A stretch of 64,000 bases of DNA, from IMG/VR virus record IMGVR_UViG_2908273394_000001, positions 27,198 to 91,197 of that record; one strand, written 5' to 3'. The position numbers and the translations under genes are program-made. Shown here one piece after another: positions 39,406 through 48,157 of this stretch. The stretch comes from a virus. Its lineage: Duplodnaviria > Caudoviricetes. Numbering within the stretch: the stretch's first letter is position 1; every line of letters starts with the position of its first letter. The notes under the pieces are model-generated. The model did not search any database. It was not told the DNA's origin and saw only the letters and a list, made by a program, of their open reading frames with translations.

Positions 39406-41025
39406 GTGAGACACCTGTTCGGCGGCAGCCCCGCCGACTACGCCATGGAGAAGGTCGGCAGCCAGCTCGTCCTTCGCCCCGGAGCCGTCGGCACCGTCTG
39501 GGACGCCCCCGTCGAGGGCACCCAGTACACCGACCTGACCGACACGGCCATGAGCGCCGTCACCCAGGTCACCGCCGACTCCAACGGGGCCATCGCGTTC
39601 TACGGCCCCGACAACGTCACCAGCCTCTACGTCGACTTCGGCTTCGGCCGGCGCACCATCCTGACCGCGACCGACCTCGGCACCCAGGTCACCACCCTGG
39701 CCGGGCAGGTCGCCACGCTCGCCGGGCAGACCGGCGACATCCTGCCCAAATCGACCGTCACCACCAAGGGCGACCTCGTCGTCGGCACCGCGGCGGCCAC
39801 CGTGGCACGCCTCGGCGTCGGTACGGCCGGGCAGGAACTCGTCGCCGCGCCCGTCGCGGCCGGGGGCGTCGCCTGGTCCAACGGGTGGCGCCGCCGCGCC
39901 CTGCCTGACATGTCCACCGCGGACACGGTCTCCGCGATCACCGCGCCGACCATCTCGGTCACTCAGCAGTCCACGTCGACGATCGCCTCGGCGCAGGCCC
40001 TCCTCGCCCCGGACACCGGCCCGTTCCTGTACCTCGGGGCGGGATCTTTCTCCTACGGGACCGGAACCCCGGACTCGTCCTACTACCTGCCGCTGTCGCG
40101 CTACCCCAACACCTACGCCTCCGGGCAGGCGAACTGGTCGCTGGAGTTCTGCACCGACGCCGCCCAGTTCGAGATCAAGTTCAAGTACATCTCGACGGCG
40201 ACGAAGTACCGGCTGTCCGTCGACGACCGGAAGATCACCGACCTTGCGCAGCTCACCGGCGCATCCTCGGCGGGCTCGTCCCACGTCCTCAAGGTCGCCT
40301 TCGGCTCCGCCGCGCCCCGCAAGATCCGCTTCGATTTCACCACCATGCCGTTCGGTGGTCTGTTCCTCGCGCCCGGCGCCACCGCCTGGAAGCCCGCCCC
40401 GCGCGGCGGCCGCCTCGGAGTGTTCGGCGACTCCATCTCCGACGGGTCCGCCGAGTCCACGGGCGCCGGCATCGGCACCTGGACCTACCGCCTGGGCCGT
40501 CTGCTGGGCTGCACCGACGTGTGGGACCAGTCCCGAGGCGGCACCGGCTACATCACCGCCGGGTCCTACGCCACCCTCGGCAACCGCGTCGCAAACGACA
40601 TCACGCCGTACGCCTTCGACCGGCTCATCGTGTGGGCCGGCTACAACGACAACGGCGGCAACCAGGCCACGATCTCCTCGGCCGCCGCCAGCCTGTACAC
40701 CGCCCTCAAGAGCGCCGTCGCACCGGGCGGGGACATCTTCGTCATCGGCTGCTACGCCCCCAACGGCTCCCCGACCACGGCCATCACGAACACCGACACC
40801 ACCCTCCGTACGGCCGCTGCGGGCGCCGGGCTGCCGTTCGTGTCCCCGCTCACCGGCACCGTGTACGACGCCGCCGGGAACGCGATCGTCACCCAAGGGC
40901 CGTGGATCACGACCGCGAACGCGTCCAGCTACATCGGCTCCGACAACGTCCACCCCAACGACTCCGGGCACATCTACCTGTCCCGGCGTGTCTTCCAGGC
41001 GCTGTGCGCCGCGATGCCTGCGTGA
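39406..41025 (+). CDS. Tail/receptor-binding protein with C-terminal SGNH hydrolase
   Basis: FGDSI, GGTGY, GYND, DNVHP blocks. Confidence 0.85.
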   Translation: MRHLFGGSPADYAMEKVGSQLVLRPGAVGTVWDAPVEGTQYTDLTDTAMSAVTQVTADSNGAIAFYGPDNVTSLYVDFGFGRRTILTATDLGTQVTTLAGQVATLAGQTGDILPKSTVTTKGDLVVGTAAATVARLGVGTAGQELVAAPVAAGGVAWSNGWRRRALPDMSTADTVSAITAPTISVTQQSTSTIASAQALLAPDTGPFLYLGAGSFSYGTGTPDSSYYLPLSRYPNTYASGQANWSLEFCTDAAQFEIKFKYISTATKYRLSVDDRKITDLAQLTGASSAGSSHVLKVAFGSAAPRKIRFDFTTMPFGGLFLAPGATAWKPAPRGGRLGVFGDSISDGSAESTGAGIGTWTYRLGRLLGCTDVWDQSRGGTGYITAGSYATLGNRVANDITPYAFDRLIVWAGYNDNGGNQATISSAAASLYTALKSAVAPGGDIFVIGCYAPNGSPTTAITNTDTTLRTAAAGAGLPFVSPLTGTVYDAAGNAIVTQGPWITTANASSYIGSDNVHPNDSGHIYLSRRVFQALCAAMPA

Positions 41026-41042
41026 TCCGGGAGGACTTGACG

Positions 41043-41321
41043 ATGCCGTTCCTGGTGGAAAACGCAGAGCCCGGCGCGGTCGTGGCGGTGGCCGCGGCCG
41101 GGCCGGGGTGGAAGGTTGACGCGTTCGTCACGCGGACCACCCTCATCACCGACATCCCGGCCCCGGGGAGCGTGGTGGCCTGGGCGACGGTCGCCGACCC
41201 GGCGAGCACCGGGGGAGTACGCATCGACCCGGTGTTCCTCGCCGACGGGCAGATGTGGACGCCGGATCAGTTCCGTGCGGCCTTCGGAGACACGATCACG
41301 CTGCGCGTGACCGGCGCCTGA
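41043..41321 (+). CDS. Hypothetical protein
   Basis: GGAGG RBS, 92 aa. Confidence 0.65.
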   Translation: MPFLVENAEPGAVVAVAAAGPGWKVDAFVTRTTLITDIPAPGSVVAWATVADPASTGGVRIDPVFLADGQMWTPDQFRAAFGDTITLRVTGA

Positions 41322-41323
41322 GG

Positions 41324-41560
41324 TCACACCTCATCGGGTGCGGACTGGTAGCCGCTGTTCTCGATCTCGAGAGCAGCGGTGAGCATCCCGAGCGCGGAGA
41401 GCCAGTCCAGGGACGCTGAGCCGGCCTTGAGGAGCGCGACCGTACCGTCGGCCTTGACGACCTTGAGGAGGACCAGGGCGTCGGCGACGAGATCTCCTTC
41501 GTCCAGGTCGACGGTCACCTCGAGGGAGTCGAGCAGTTCACCGATCTTCGTGTCAGCCAT
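41324..41560 (-). CDS. Small acidic hypothetical protein
   Basis: IGELLDSL..LDWLSALGML. Confidence 0.65.
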   Translation of the reverse strand: MADTKIGELLDSLEVTVDLDEGDLVADALVLLKVVKADGTVALLKAGSASLDWLSALGMLTAALEIENSGYQSAPDEV

Positions 41561-41604
41561 GCGTGTGCCCAATCTCCTGGTACGTCGTCATGCGGTAAAC
41601 CCGA

Positions 41605-41958
41605 TCAGTCGTCGAATCCGTAGCCGTGGGCGAGGGCGAGAACCGTGACGCAGTTGCCCCGCCCTTCGGTTACGCCGTCCCAGTCGTGGCAGCGGACGCA
41701 GCCGAAGGGCGCGCCGACACCGCCGTACCCGGGGTTGATGACGTCGCTGGAGTAGGGGTGGTCGTCGAGGATCCGCTGGTGCGCATCGCTCCACCGTTCC
41801 TCGGGGGATCCCGCAACGGCTGCGGCCCGCGCATGGGTGATCTGCTGCCCCACCCAGTCCCGCAGTCCCTCGGTGGCGTCCAGCTCTACGACGGCTGCGC
41901 CACTGTGCGGCTCCTCGTCCTGGCGCAGTTGCTGCCATCCCGTCCCCGGCATCGTCAT
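41605..41958 (-). CDS. Divergent DUF6221-like protein
   Basis: LRDWVGQQI..HQRILDDH..CVRC..CVTVLALAHGY. Confidence 0.55.
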   Translation of the reverse strand: MTMPGTGWQQLRQDEEPHSGAAVVELDATEGLRDWVGQQITHARAAAVAGSPEERWSDAHQRILDDHPYSSDVINPGYGGVGAPFGCVRCHDWDGVTEGRGNCVTVLALAHGYGFDD

Positions 41959-42205
41959 GCCGCCTCCGCGGTTTGGAACGCGGGTTGCCGTCGGGCGACG
42001 GCTTCCTCGAGCGCCTTTCTGTCGGGACGCTCCTTCCAGTTGCCGTAGGGCACGAGTTCGGCGTCGGCGGGCAGCGCGCGCAGCATGGCCGGCCCGGTGA
42101 CGTACGTGACCCGGCGGTCACGGGGCTGGTGCCGGTGGAGCGGCACCAGGCATGGAACTGCTGGAGGTTCTGAGCCAGAACGGCTGTGCGGGCATTCCTC
42201 AACAT
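41955..42205 (-). CDS. Hypothetical protein (probable 1-nt deletion near 42123)
   Basis: MLRNARTAVLAQNLQQFHAWC.. joins RDRRVTYVTGP.. Confidence 0.5.
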
Positions 42206-42315
42206 GATTTGAGCGTAGGGCGGTTGTCGCGGGTCATTCCCCCTGCTCGACCTCGAGCACGCGACGCCCGCAGCCGATGCACAGCAGGGGGATCATAGGC
42301 CACAACTTCCGATAG

Positions 42316-42357
42316 CCTTTGAAGTAGTTACTAGAATCGATCAACTACCTTTGAAGT
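42316..42357. promoter_or_regulatory. AT-rich direct repeat upstream of endolysin
   Basis: CCTTTGAAGT at 42316 and 42348 (32-bp spacing) around GTAGTT/AACTAC. Confidence 0.55.
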
Positions 42358-42397
42358 GAAACTCTTTCGCTTCTCCGGCTTTGACACTGGAGGCACC

Positions 42398-43345
42398 GTG
42401 GCGACACCCATGACCCCCGATCAATGGATCGCGGCGCTGCGCGCGGAAGGCGTCACCGACATCGTCGAGATGCCCGGCTGGCGCACCCACAACAGGGGTC
42501 AGCGCGGGGGCGGCTGGGGCGACGTCCACGCCACGATGATCCACCACACCGCAGGCGAAGGCCCAGGCATGCCGGCCTACGTCTACGACGGATCATCCGC
42601 CCTGCCCGGACCCCTGTGCCACGACTTCCTCGCCCGCTCCGGCCGCCTCTACCTCGTCGGCAACGGTCGCGCCAACCACGCCGGCATGGTCGCCAGGAAC
42701 GCCTACAACGCGGTCCTGAACGAGGAAGCCGTCCATCCGGCGCCCGGGCCCGACGAACTCGACGGCAACGCGGTGAGCTACGGCCTGGAGGTCGAGAACT
42801 CCGGGGCTGCCGATCGGGCATGGCCCGCAAAGCAGTACGACGTCGCCGTACGCGTCCAGGCCGCGCGCTGCCGACACCACAACTGGTCCGCCAACAGCGT
42901 GTGGGCCCACAAGGAAGCCACCCGGCGCAAGCCGCTCGACCCACGCATCCCCATGGATCCCTTCCGGGCCGACGTCGCCGAGCGCCTGAGGCACCCGGCG
43001 AGCTGGAACCCCGGCGACACCCCCACCCCTGAACCCGAGGAGGAAGACATGCCGCTCACCGACGCAGAGATCGACCGCATCGCCCTGCGCGTGCTCACCT
43101 ACCGCAACGAGGCGGCCAACCGCGCCTCCATCGAGGCCACCGGCAAGCCCATCCCAGACGTGTACGGCTACACCGCACAAACCCACGGCATGACCAAGGC
43201 CATCGGCTCGAAGGTCGACAAGCTCGCCCAGGCCTCGCTCGACGACACCCAACTCAACAGGCTCGCCGACCTCGTCGCCGCCCGCATCGCCGCGAACATG
43301 GCGAGCGAGGTCGCCGACAAGCTCGCCGAACGCCTCGCCGAGTAA
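42398..43345 (+). CDS. Endolysin, N-acetylmuramoyl-L-alanine amidase (Amidase_2)
   Basis: IHHTA..ANHAG..GLEVEN..AHKE..DP. Confidence 0.9.
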   Translation: MATPMTPDQWIAALRAEGVTDIVEMPGWRTHNRGQRGGGWGDVHATMIHHTAGEGPGMPAYVYDGSSALPGPLCHDFLARSGRLYLVGNGRANHAGMVARNAYNAVLNEEAVHPAPGPDELDGNAVSYGLEVENSGAADRAWPAKQYDVAVRVQAARCRHHNWSANSVWAHKEATRRKPLDPRIPMDPFRADVAERLRHPASWNPGDTPTPEPEEEDMPLTDAEIDRIALRVLTYRNEAANRASIEATGKPIPDVYGYTAQTHGMTKAIGSKVDKLAQASLDDTQLNRLADLVAARIAANMASEVADKLAERLAE

Positions 43346-43354
43346 CGCGTCCAC

Positions 43355-43708
43355 GTGATCCGCAACCTGACAGCCAGGGTCATCCGGCTCTACCAGCCGG
43401 ACCGGCCCAACGGCCTCGACGACCTCGACCTCGGACTCAAGCGCACCCTCGACCCCGCACCGCAGCCGGCACGGATCGCCCCGCTTCCGCTCGTCACCGC
43501 CCACCAGGACGACGTCCCCGTCGAACTCATCGAGTACAGGCACGTCGCGAACCTGCCGGCCCCTCTCGACGGTGTCTGGTACGTCGTCCCCTTCGAGGTC
43601 GCACTCGTCCTCTCCGCCCGCCGCACCGACATCCTCGTCACCCACGACGACGTCCTCTCAGCCGACGGCTCCGTCATCGGCCACCGCGCCCTCGCCCAAC
43701 CCGCCTGA
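43355..43708 (+). CDS. Hypothetical phage protein
   Basis: IRNLT..NLPAPLDGVWYVV..RTDIL. Confidence 0.7.
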   Translation: MIRNLTARVIRLYQPDRPNGLDDLDLGLKRTLDPAPQPARIAPLPLVTAHQDDVPVELIEYRHVANLPAPLDGVWYVVPFEVALVLSARRTDILVTHDDVLSADGSVIGHRALAQPA

Positions 43709-43720
43709 AAGGAACCCCCC

Positions 43721-44080
43721 GTGAAGACACCGCTGATCTTCGGCCGCGAGCCGGCCGCCTGGCTGACCCTGGTCGCAATCCTCGTCAAGCTCGCCGCCGC
43801 GTTCGGCTGGAACGCCTCCCCCGAGGTCCAGGCCGCCGTCAACGGCATCGCCGCGGCCGCCATGGGCCTCCTCATCGCCTGGATGGTCCACGACGGTGCC
43901 GGCGCCGCCATCATCGGCTTCGCCCAGGGAGCGCTCGCCCTCGCGCTCGGCTACGGCCTGGACTGGTCCGCCGACCGGCAGGCCATCGTCATGACCGCCG
44001 TCACCATCGCCGTCGGCATGTGGGACCGCACCCAGGTCACCGCACCGGTACCGCCCAAGCGCACCCTGCCCGCGGCCTGA
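43721..44080 (+). CDS. Holin candidate
   Basis: IFGREPA, about 4 TM helices, RTQVT. Confidence 0.75.
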   Translation: MKTPLIFGREPAAWLTLVAILVKLAAAFGWNASPEVQAAVNGIAAAAMGLLIAWMVHDGAGAAIIGFAQGALALALGYGLDWSADRQAIVMTAVTIAVGMWDRTQVTAPVPPKRTLPAA

Positions 44081-44115
44081 CCCTCACCCACACCTGCATG
44101 GACTGGACCCCGTGA

Positions 44116-44436
44116 ATGGACCCGACCACCGTCACGCTGGTGGGGGCGCTCGTCGCTTTCTCTGGCGCGCTGGCGGGCGCCGTGGTGGCGTTCGTGGGCA
44201 AACGCGGGGAGCTGTCACTGAGCAGCCTGACCACCCTGACCGACGAGCTCCAGGAGGAGCGCTCCAACCTCAAGGAGGAGCGGGCGACCCTCAAGGCGGA
44301 GGTCGTCGAGAAGACCGCCGCGCTCGTCGCGAAAGACGCGGCGCTGGCCGAAGCAGCAGCGGCTCGCGCCACCGCCGAAGCGGAAATCACCCGCCTGCGG
44401 CTGATCATCGTGCAACTTGGAGGAGATCCCGGATGA
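44116..44436 (+). CDS. TM + coiled-coil lysis accessory protein
   Basis: N-terminal TM then heptad repeats. Confidence 0.7.
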   Translation: MDPTTVTLVGALVAFSGALAGAVVAFVGKRGELSLSSLTTLTDELQEERSNLKEERATLKAEVVEKTAALVAKDAALAEAAAARATAEAEITRLRLIIVQLGGDPG

Positions 44437-45155
44437 GTCGCGCCGAGCGGTTCCTGGCGGCCCGCTGGCGCCGCCTGGCAACCCTGTGTTCGCTGGTCGC
44501 CTTGTTCGGGATCGCCGCCATCCTCTGGGCCCGCATCGACACCGCCGATCGCAAGGCTGCAGACCTGGCCGCCGAGGCAGACCTGCGCGGGAATGCTGTC
44601 AGCACGCTCGCCACCGACGTCCGAAAGCTCCGTACCCAGCTCGAGTCCGAAGGCAAGACGCCGGTCGCGCCGGACCCGACCGCCGCCATCGACGACCTGC
44701 CCGACCGGGCAGCCGTGCCCGTACCGATCCCCGGCGCGAAGGGGGAGAAGGGAGACAAGGGCGATCCTGGAGAGCCCGGAGCTCCTGCGCCCTCCCCGTC
44801 CCCCGGTGCAACCGGACGGCCCGGTGCCGATGGCGCAGACGGTGCCGACGGCGAGCCAGGCCGTGACGGCGTCGATGGCGAGCCAGGTCGTGACGGCGTT
44901 GATGGGGTCGACGGCCAAGACGGCCGCGACGGTACGAACGGCGCCGACGGCAAGGACGGCCAGCCCCCGGCCGGCTGGAGGTACACCGACCCCCAGGGCG
45001 TCACCTACACCTGCAGGCCTGTCGACGACTTCGACCCGAACGCCCCCTACTACGCGTGCACTGTCACCAGCACCCCTGCCCCCGAGCAGCCAGGCCAGCA
45101 GCGCCAGGGTTCCGTCAACATCCTCGGTCTGGCCCCCGACCGCCGTCGCTACTGA
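44433..45155 (+). CDS. Membrane-anchored collagen-like protein
   Basis: TM, coiled coil, Gly-X-Y repeats, YTC..YAC C-terminus. Confidence 0.8.
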   Translation: MSRAERFLAARWRRLATLCSLVALFGIAAILWARIDTADRKAADLAAEADLRGNAVSTLATDVRKLRTQLESEGKTPVAPDPTAAIDDLPDRAAVPVPIPGAKGEKGDKGDPGEPGAPAPSPSPGATGRPGADGADGADGEPGRDGVDGEPGRDGVDGVDGQDGRDGTNGADGKDGQPPAGWRYTDPQGVTYTCRPVDDFDPNAPYYACTVTSTPAPEQPGQQRQGSVNILGLAPDRRRY

Positions 45156-45173
45156 CCCCGGCAGACCGCCTCC

Positions 45174-45209
45174 GTGTCCTATAACTTTTCACAAGAAATA
45201 ATGTGCTCA
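45174..45209 (+). repeat. 36-bp inverted repeat, left copy (candidate recombination site)
   Basis: GTGTCCTATAACTTTTCACAAGAAATAATGTGCTCA; exact reverse complement at 56205-56240. Confidence 0.95.
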
Positions 45210-45268
45210 AGCACCACGCGCAGCTCCGCTGCGCGTGGACACGCCTCCGCATTGCTCTATCCGGGTGA

Positions 45269-45291
45269 TTGTCAGTGGCCGAAGGTACCGT
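45269..45291 (+). promoter_or_regulatory. RecA-NDp/PafBC-like promoter
   Basis: TTGTCAGTG-N8-TACCGT, full consensus match. Confidence 0.7.
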
Positions 45292-45364
45292 CGTCTCCGA
45301 GCGGACCGCTGGCGGGCCATATGGCGTGCGGGGTGAACGGCAGTCCCGGTTCGAAGGAGGCCAG

Positions 45365-45637
45365 ATGGCCAAGTTCAAGTTCGACAAGAGGAAGCTGCAG
45401 AAGGTCGTCAACCAGGCGGCGCAGGCCAAGGGTGACGAGCTGGCCGACCAGCTCACCGCTGACCTGAACGCTCTCAGCCCGTCCTGCAAGGGCCGGCCGG
45501 TCAACGAGGTGAAGGTAGAGGTGCAGAAGGTGTGGCGCCGTCGGATGTCGAGTGACCTGCCGGAGCCGAAGGTGACGGAATTCGCCGAGACGCTCGCGGG
45601 CGGCGGGTCCGTACGGGTCACCGCAGCCGTCAAGTAG
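45365..45637 (+). CDS. Basic hypothetical protein
   Basis: AAGGAGG RBS; MAKFKFDKRKLQ. Confidence 0.75.
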   Translation: MAKFKFDKRKLQKVVNQAAQAKGDELADQLTADLNALSPSCKGRPVNEVKVEVQKVWRRRMSSDLPEPKVTEFAETLAGGGSVRVTAAVK

Positions 45638-45860
45638 CTACTGGCGGCGAGGATCGCTTACTCCCCGTCGATGCCATCGGGGTCCACGGCGTGACGAAGA
45701 GAGGCCCCCAGGTACACGCCTGGGGGCCTCTAAGTCCACGGGGAGCGTGTACTCGCCCGCTTCGGCTTGTTGCACCGCCGCCTAGGACGGGCGGCCAACT
45801 CTGCGTGCAGGCTACCAGTCGACGAGTAACACGCTGAGCCTGTGCGCTGTTCGGGTGAAG

Positions 45861-45882
45861 TGTCAGTCGCCGCAGGTACCGT
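45861..45882 (+). promoter_or_regulatory. RecA-NDp/PafBC-like promoter
   Basis: TGTCAGTC-N8-TACCGT. Confidence 0.6.
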
Positions 45883-45921
45883 TTGGTGATCTGACAACCG
45901 CCAACGCTCCTTGGAGGGCAT

Positions 45922-46143
45922 ATGGCTGGCACCGATGAGACCCCTACGCGGTTCACGCTCCCGATGAAGCCAGAGTTCCGCGACATCGCCGATCGTGAGA
46001 CGACGATCGGATCCCCGATTCGCTGGGTTCTCGGTGAGGACGACGTCATGATGCAGGGCGTTGTCGTGGATTGGACAGACGAGCCCGACGGCCGCATCAC
46101 TTTGACAGTGGAAGCGGCTGCACCAGATTCACAGCCGAGCTAG
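45922..46143 (+). CDS. 73-aa beta-rich hypothetical protein
   Basis: GGAGG RBS. Confidence 0.65.
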   Translation: MAGTDETPTRFTLPMKPEFRDIADRETTIGSPIRWVLGEDDVMMQGVVVDWTDEPDGRITLTVEAAAPDSQPS

Positions 46144-46200
46144 TCGGGGACCTCCCGCTTAGAATCGCTCTCACAGCAGAATCGAACTGTTCGACCAAAC

Positions 46201-46227
46201 GCCCCCGATGGACTTCGCGTCGGGGGC
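46201..46227. terminator. Hairpin
   Basis: GCCCCCGA..TCGGGGGC. Confidence 0.5.
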
Positions 46228-46261
46228 ATTGATGTGTCTGGCTCCGGATAATGTTCCTTCT

Positions 46262-46579
46262 ATGGAGCTAGATCGAACCGGGGGAGAAGTCCCGGCCGAG
46301 GACACGTTCGGGCGCGACGCCGGGCTGATGGTGTTCTTGAACGACAGATTCGCTGAACGGCGCGCAACTGCGCACGGGCTACCCCTGGCGGAGGCTCAGA
46401 TCGCCGTGGCGGAGGTCGACGCTGTGCAGAGCATTCTGGACGAGGTGCTACCCAAGGCGTACGACCGCCGGTACGGATCCGGGTTCGACGATGCGGCGGA
46501 GGTCGCATGGGACGTGGCCCGGCGGCTCGCGGTCCCCTACGACACGCACCCGGACTACCGCGAGGAGTGGCGGCCGTGA
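46262..46579 (+). CDS. DUF6221-like protein coupled to the recombinase
   Basis: LMVFLNDRF..AEVDA..LAVPYDTHPDYREEWRP; TAATGT 7 nt upstream (leaderless). Confidence 0.75.
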   Translation: MELDRTGGEVPAEDTFGRDAGLMVFLNDRFAERRATAHGLPLAEAQIAVAEVDAVQSILDEVLPKAYDRRYGSGFDDAAEVAWDVARRLAVPYDTHPDYREEWRP

Positions 46580-47703
46580 GCGACTCCGACGACCTGGTGG
46601 TGGAAGGGGAGTTGGTCGAGGAGGACCGTCTCCCCGCCGTACCCCAAGGCGCGGCCCTCGTGCGGCCAGCCGTCAAGGACGATCCGGATGCGTGGCTCCC
46701 GGACGAGGTCCAGGAGGACATCGAGGCGGGCATCGCCGACTCGACGAACACGGCCTACCAGCGGGACTTCGCCGAGTACACCGCGTGGTGCCTTACCGTG
46801 GGCCGACGGGCGGTTCCTGCGGCGCCCCAGACGGTGTCCCACTACATCTCCCACCTGACCCGCACCCCCCGCGCGCGCACCGGCCGGCCGTACAGCCCCT
46901 CGACCATGGAGCGGATCATCGCGTCCATCCGCACGATGCACAGTGCGGCCGGGGTGCAGCCGCCGGAGACCAAGGGCGCGCGGAAGGTGGTCGCCGGGTA
47001 TCGGCGGAAACTGTCCGAGGCGGACTCGGAGCAGGCCCGCGCGCGCAAGACGTCGCCGGCTGTCCCGGCGGTGCTGGAGAAGGCGTTGTCCGTGGTGGAC
47101 CGTACGACGCTGAAGGGGAAGCGGGACGCGGCGATCCTGCTCCTGGGGTTCGCCTGCGCGGCGCGCGCCTCGGAGCTGATCCTGCTGAACGTGGAGTCGG
47201 TTACCGAGCCCGCGGAGCTTGAAGGTGTCGGGGTTCGGGTGCGGATCTACCGCGTGAAGATCAAGAAGTGGCAGAACCTTACGGTGAAGTTCGGCTCGTC
47301 CCCGGAGACATGCCCCGTACGCGCGACCCGCGAGTACCTGGACGCACTGGCCGCCGAGGAGCACACGAGCGGGCCTCTGTTCGTGCGCATCGACCGCCAC
47401 GGCTACCTCAACCCTCCCATCTATCGGGCTGGCGTCCAGATCGGCGACCCGACCGGGCGCCTGACCATCGACGCCATCTCCGACGTCGTGGAACTGTCCA
47501 TGGCCGCCGTCGGTATGAGCGGCCGGTGGCGCTCCCACTCGCTGCGCCGCGGTTTCGCGACGGCTGCTCTCATGGCGAAGGCCGACCCCATCCACACCAG
47601 CAGACATGGAGGATGGGCCGACGGGTCGAAGTCATTCCAGGGGTACGTGGAGGAAGCCGACGGCCTGGACGAGCGGAACCCGCTCACGAACATCGGGCTG
47701 TAG
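46576..47703 (+). CDS. Cre-like tyrosine recombinase
   Basis: N-terminal SAM-like domain (ADSTNTAYQRD); AARASEL, VKIKK, HSLRRG, HGGW, FQGY. Confidence 0.9.
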   Translation: MSDSDDLVVEGELVEEDRLPAVPQGAALVRPAVKDDPDAWLPDEVQEDIEAGIADSTNTAYQRDFAEYTAWCLTVGRRAVPAAPQTVSHYISHLTRTPRARTGRPYSPSTMERIIASIRTMHSAAGVQPPETKGARKVVAGYRRKLSEADSEQARARKTSPAVPAVLEKALSVVDRTTLKGKRDAAILLLGFACAARASELILLNVESVTEPAELEGVGVRVRIYRVKIKKWQNLTVKFGSSPETCPVRATREYLDALAAEEHTSGPLFVRIDRHGYLNPPIYRAGVQIGDPTGRLTIDAISDVVELSMAAVGMSGRWRSHSLRRGFATAALMAKADPIHTSRHGGWADGSKSFQGYVEEADGLDERNPLTNIGL

Positions 47704-47800
47704 GAGGGACCAGGGTGGCCAGAGGGCAGTACGCCGCGGGGGAGATGAATCCCTTGGATCAGATCGGGAATGCCTCGATGACGCGGACAGAGGTACAGGG

Positions 47801-48157
47801 ATGAGAGGCAAGGCGCCCGAAGCAGGGACCGCTGCTTTCGCACGGGAGCTCTCGGAGAAGTGGGATGAGGTCCACCCAGTCCTGGAGGACATGCTGGCTG
47901 CCGCGCGCGAGGGTCTGGCGCGGTCGAAGTGGAAGATCGGGGATCCGGACGACAAGCTGTTGCTGCCGATCATCGGAGCCCTGACGGTGTACTTCGCCCG
48001 TGGATTGGGCGTGATGGACATGCCTCCCTCGGAGGCGATGCTGCGGGAGCAGGTGGGCCGGGAGCTGCGTGCGGTCGCGGCTCGTCACCCGGTGGGCAGT
48101 GCGCGCCGCGCGGCGATGATGGAGGCGGCTGAGATCGCGGAGCAGGGGCCCCGGTGA
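47801..48157 (+). CDS. Hypothetical helical protein
   Basis: 118 aa, GTGA-coupled to next gene. Confidence 0.6.
   Translation: MRGKAPEAGTAAFARELSEKWDEVHPVLEDMLAAAREGLARSKWKIGDPDDKLLLPIIGALTVYFARGLGVMDMPPSEAMLREQVGRELRAVAARHPVGSARRAAMMEAAEIAEQGPR

Noticed and set aside
44820-44960. Short tandem DNA repeats
   Set aside because: Explained by Gly-X-Y collagen coding
46182-46194. TCGAAC-T-GTTCGA resembling a LexA box upstream of the recombinase operon
   Set aside because: Spacer is 1 nt; the actinobacterial SOS box needs 4
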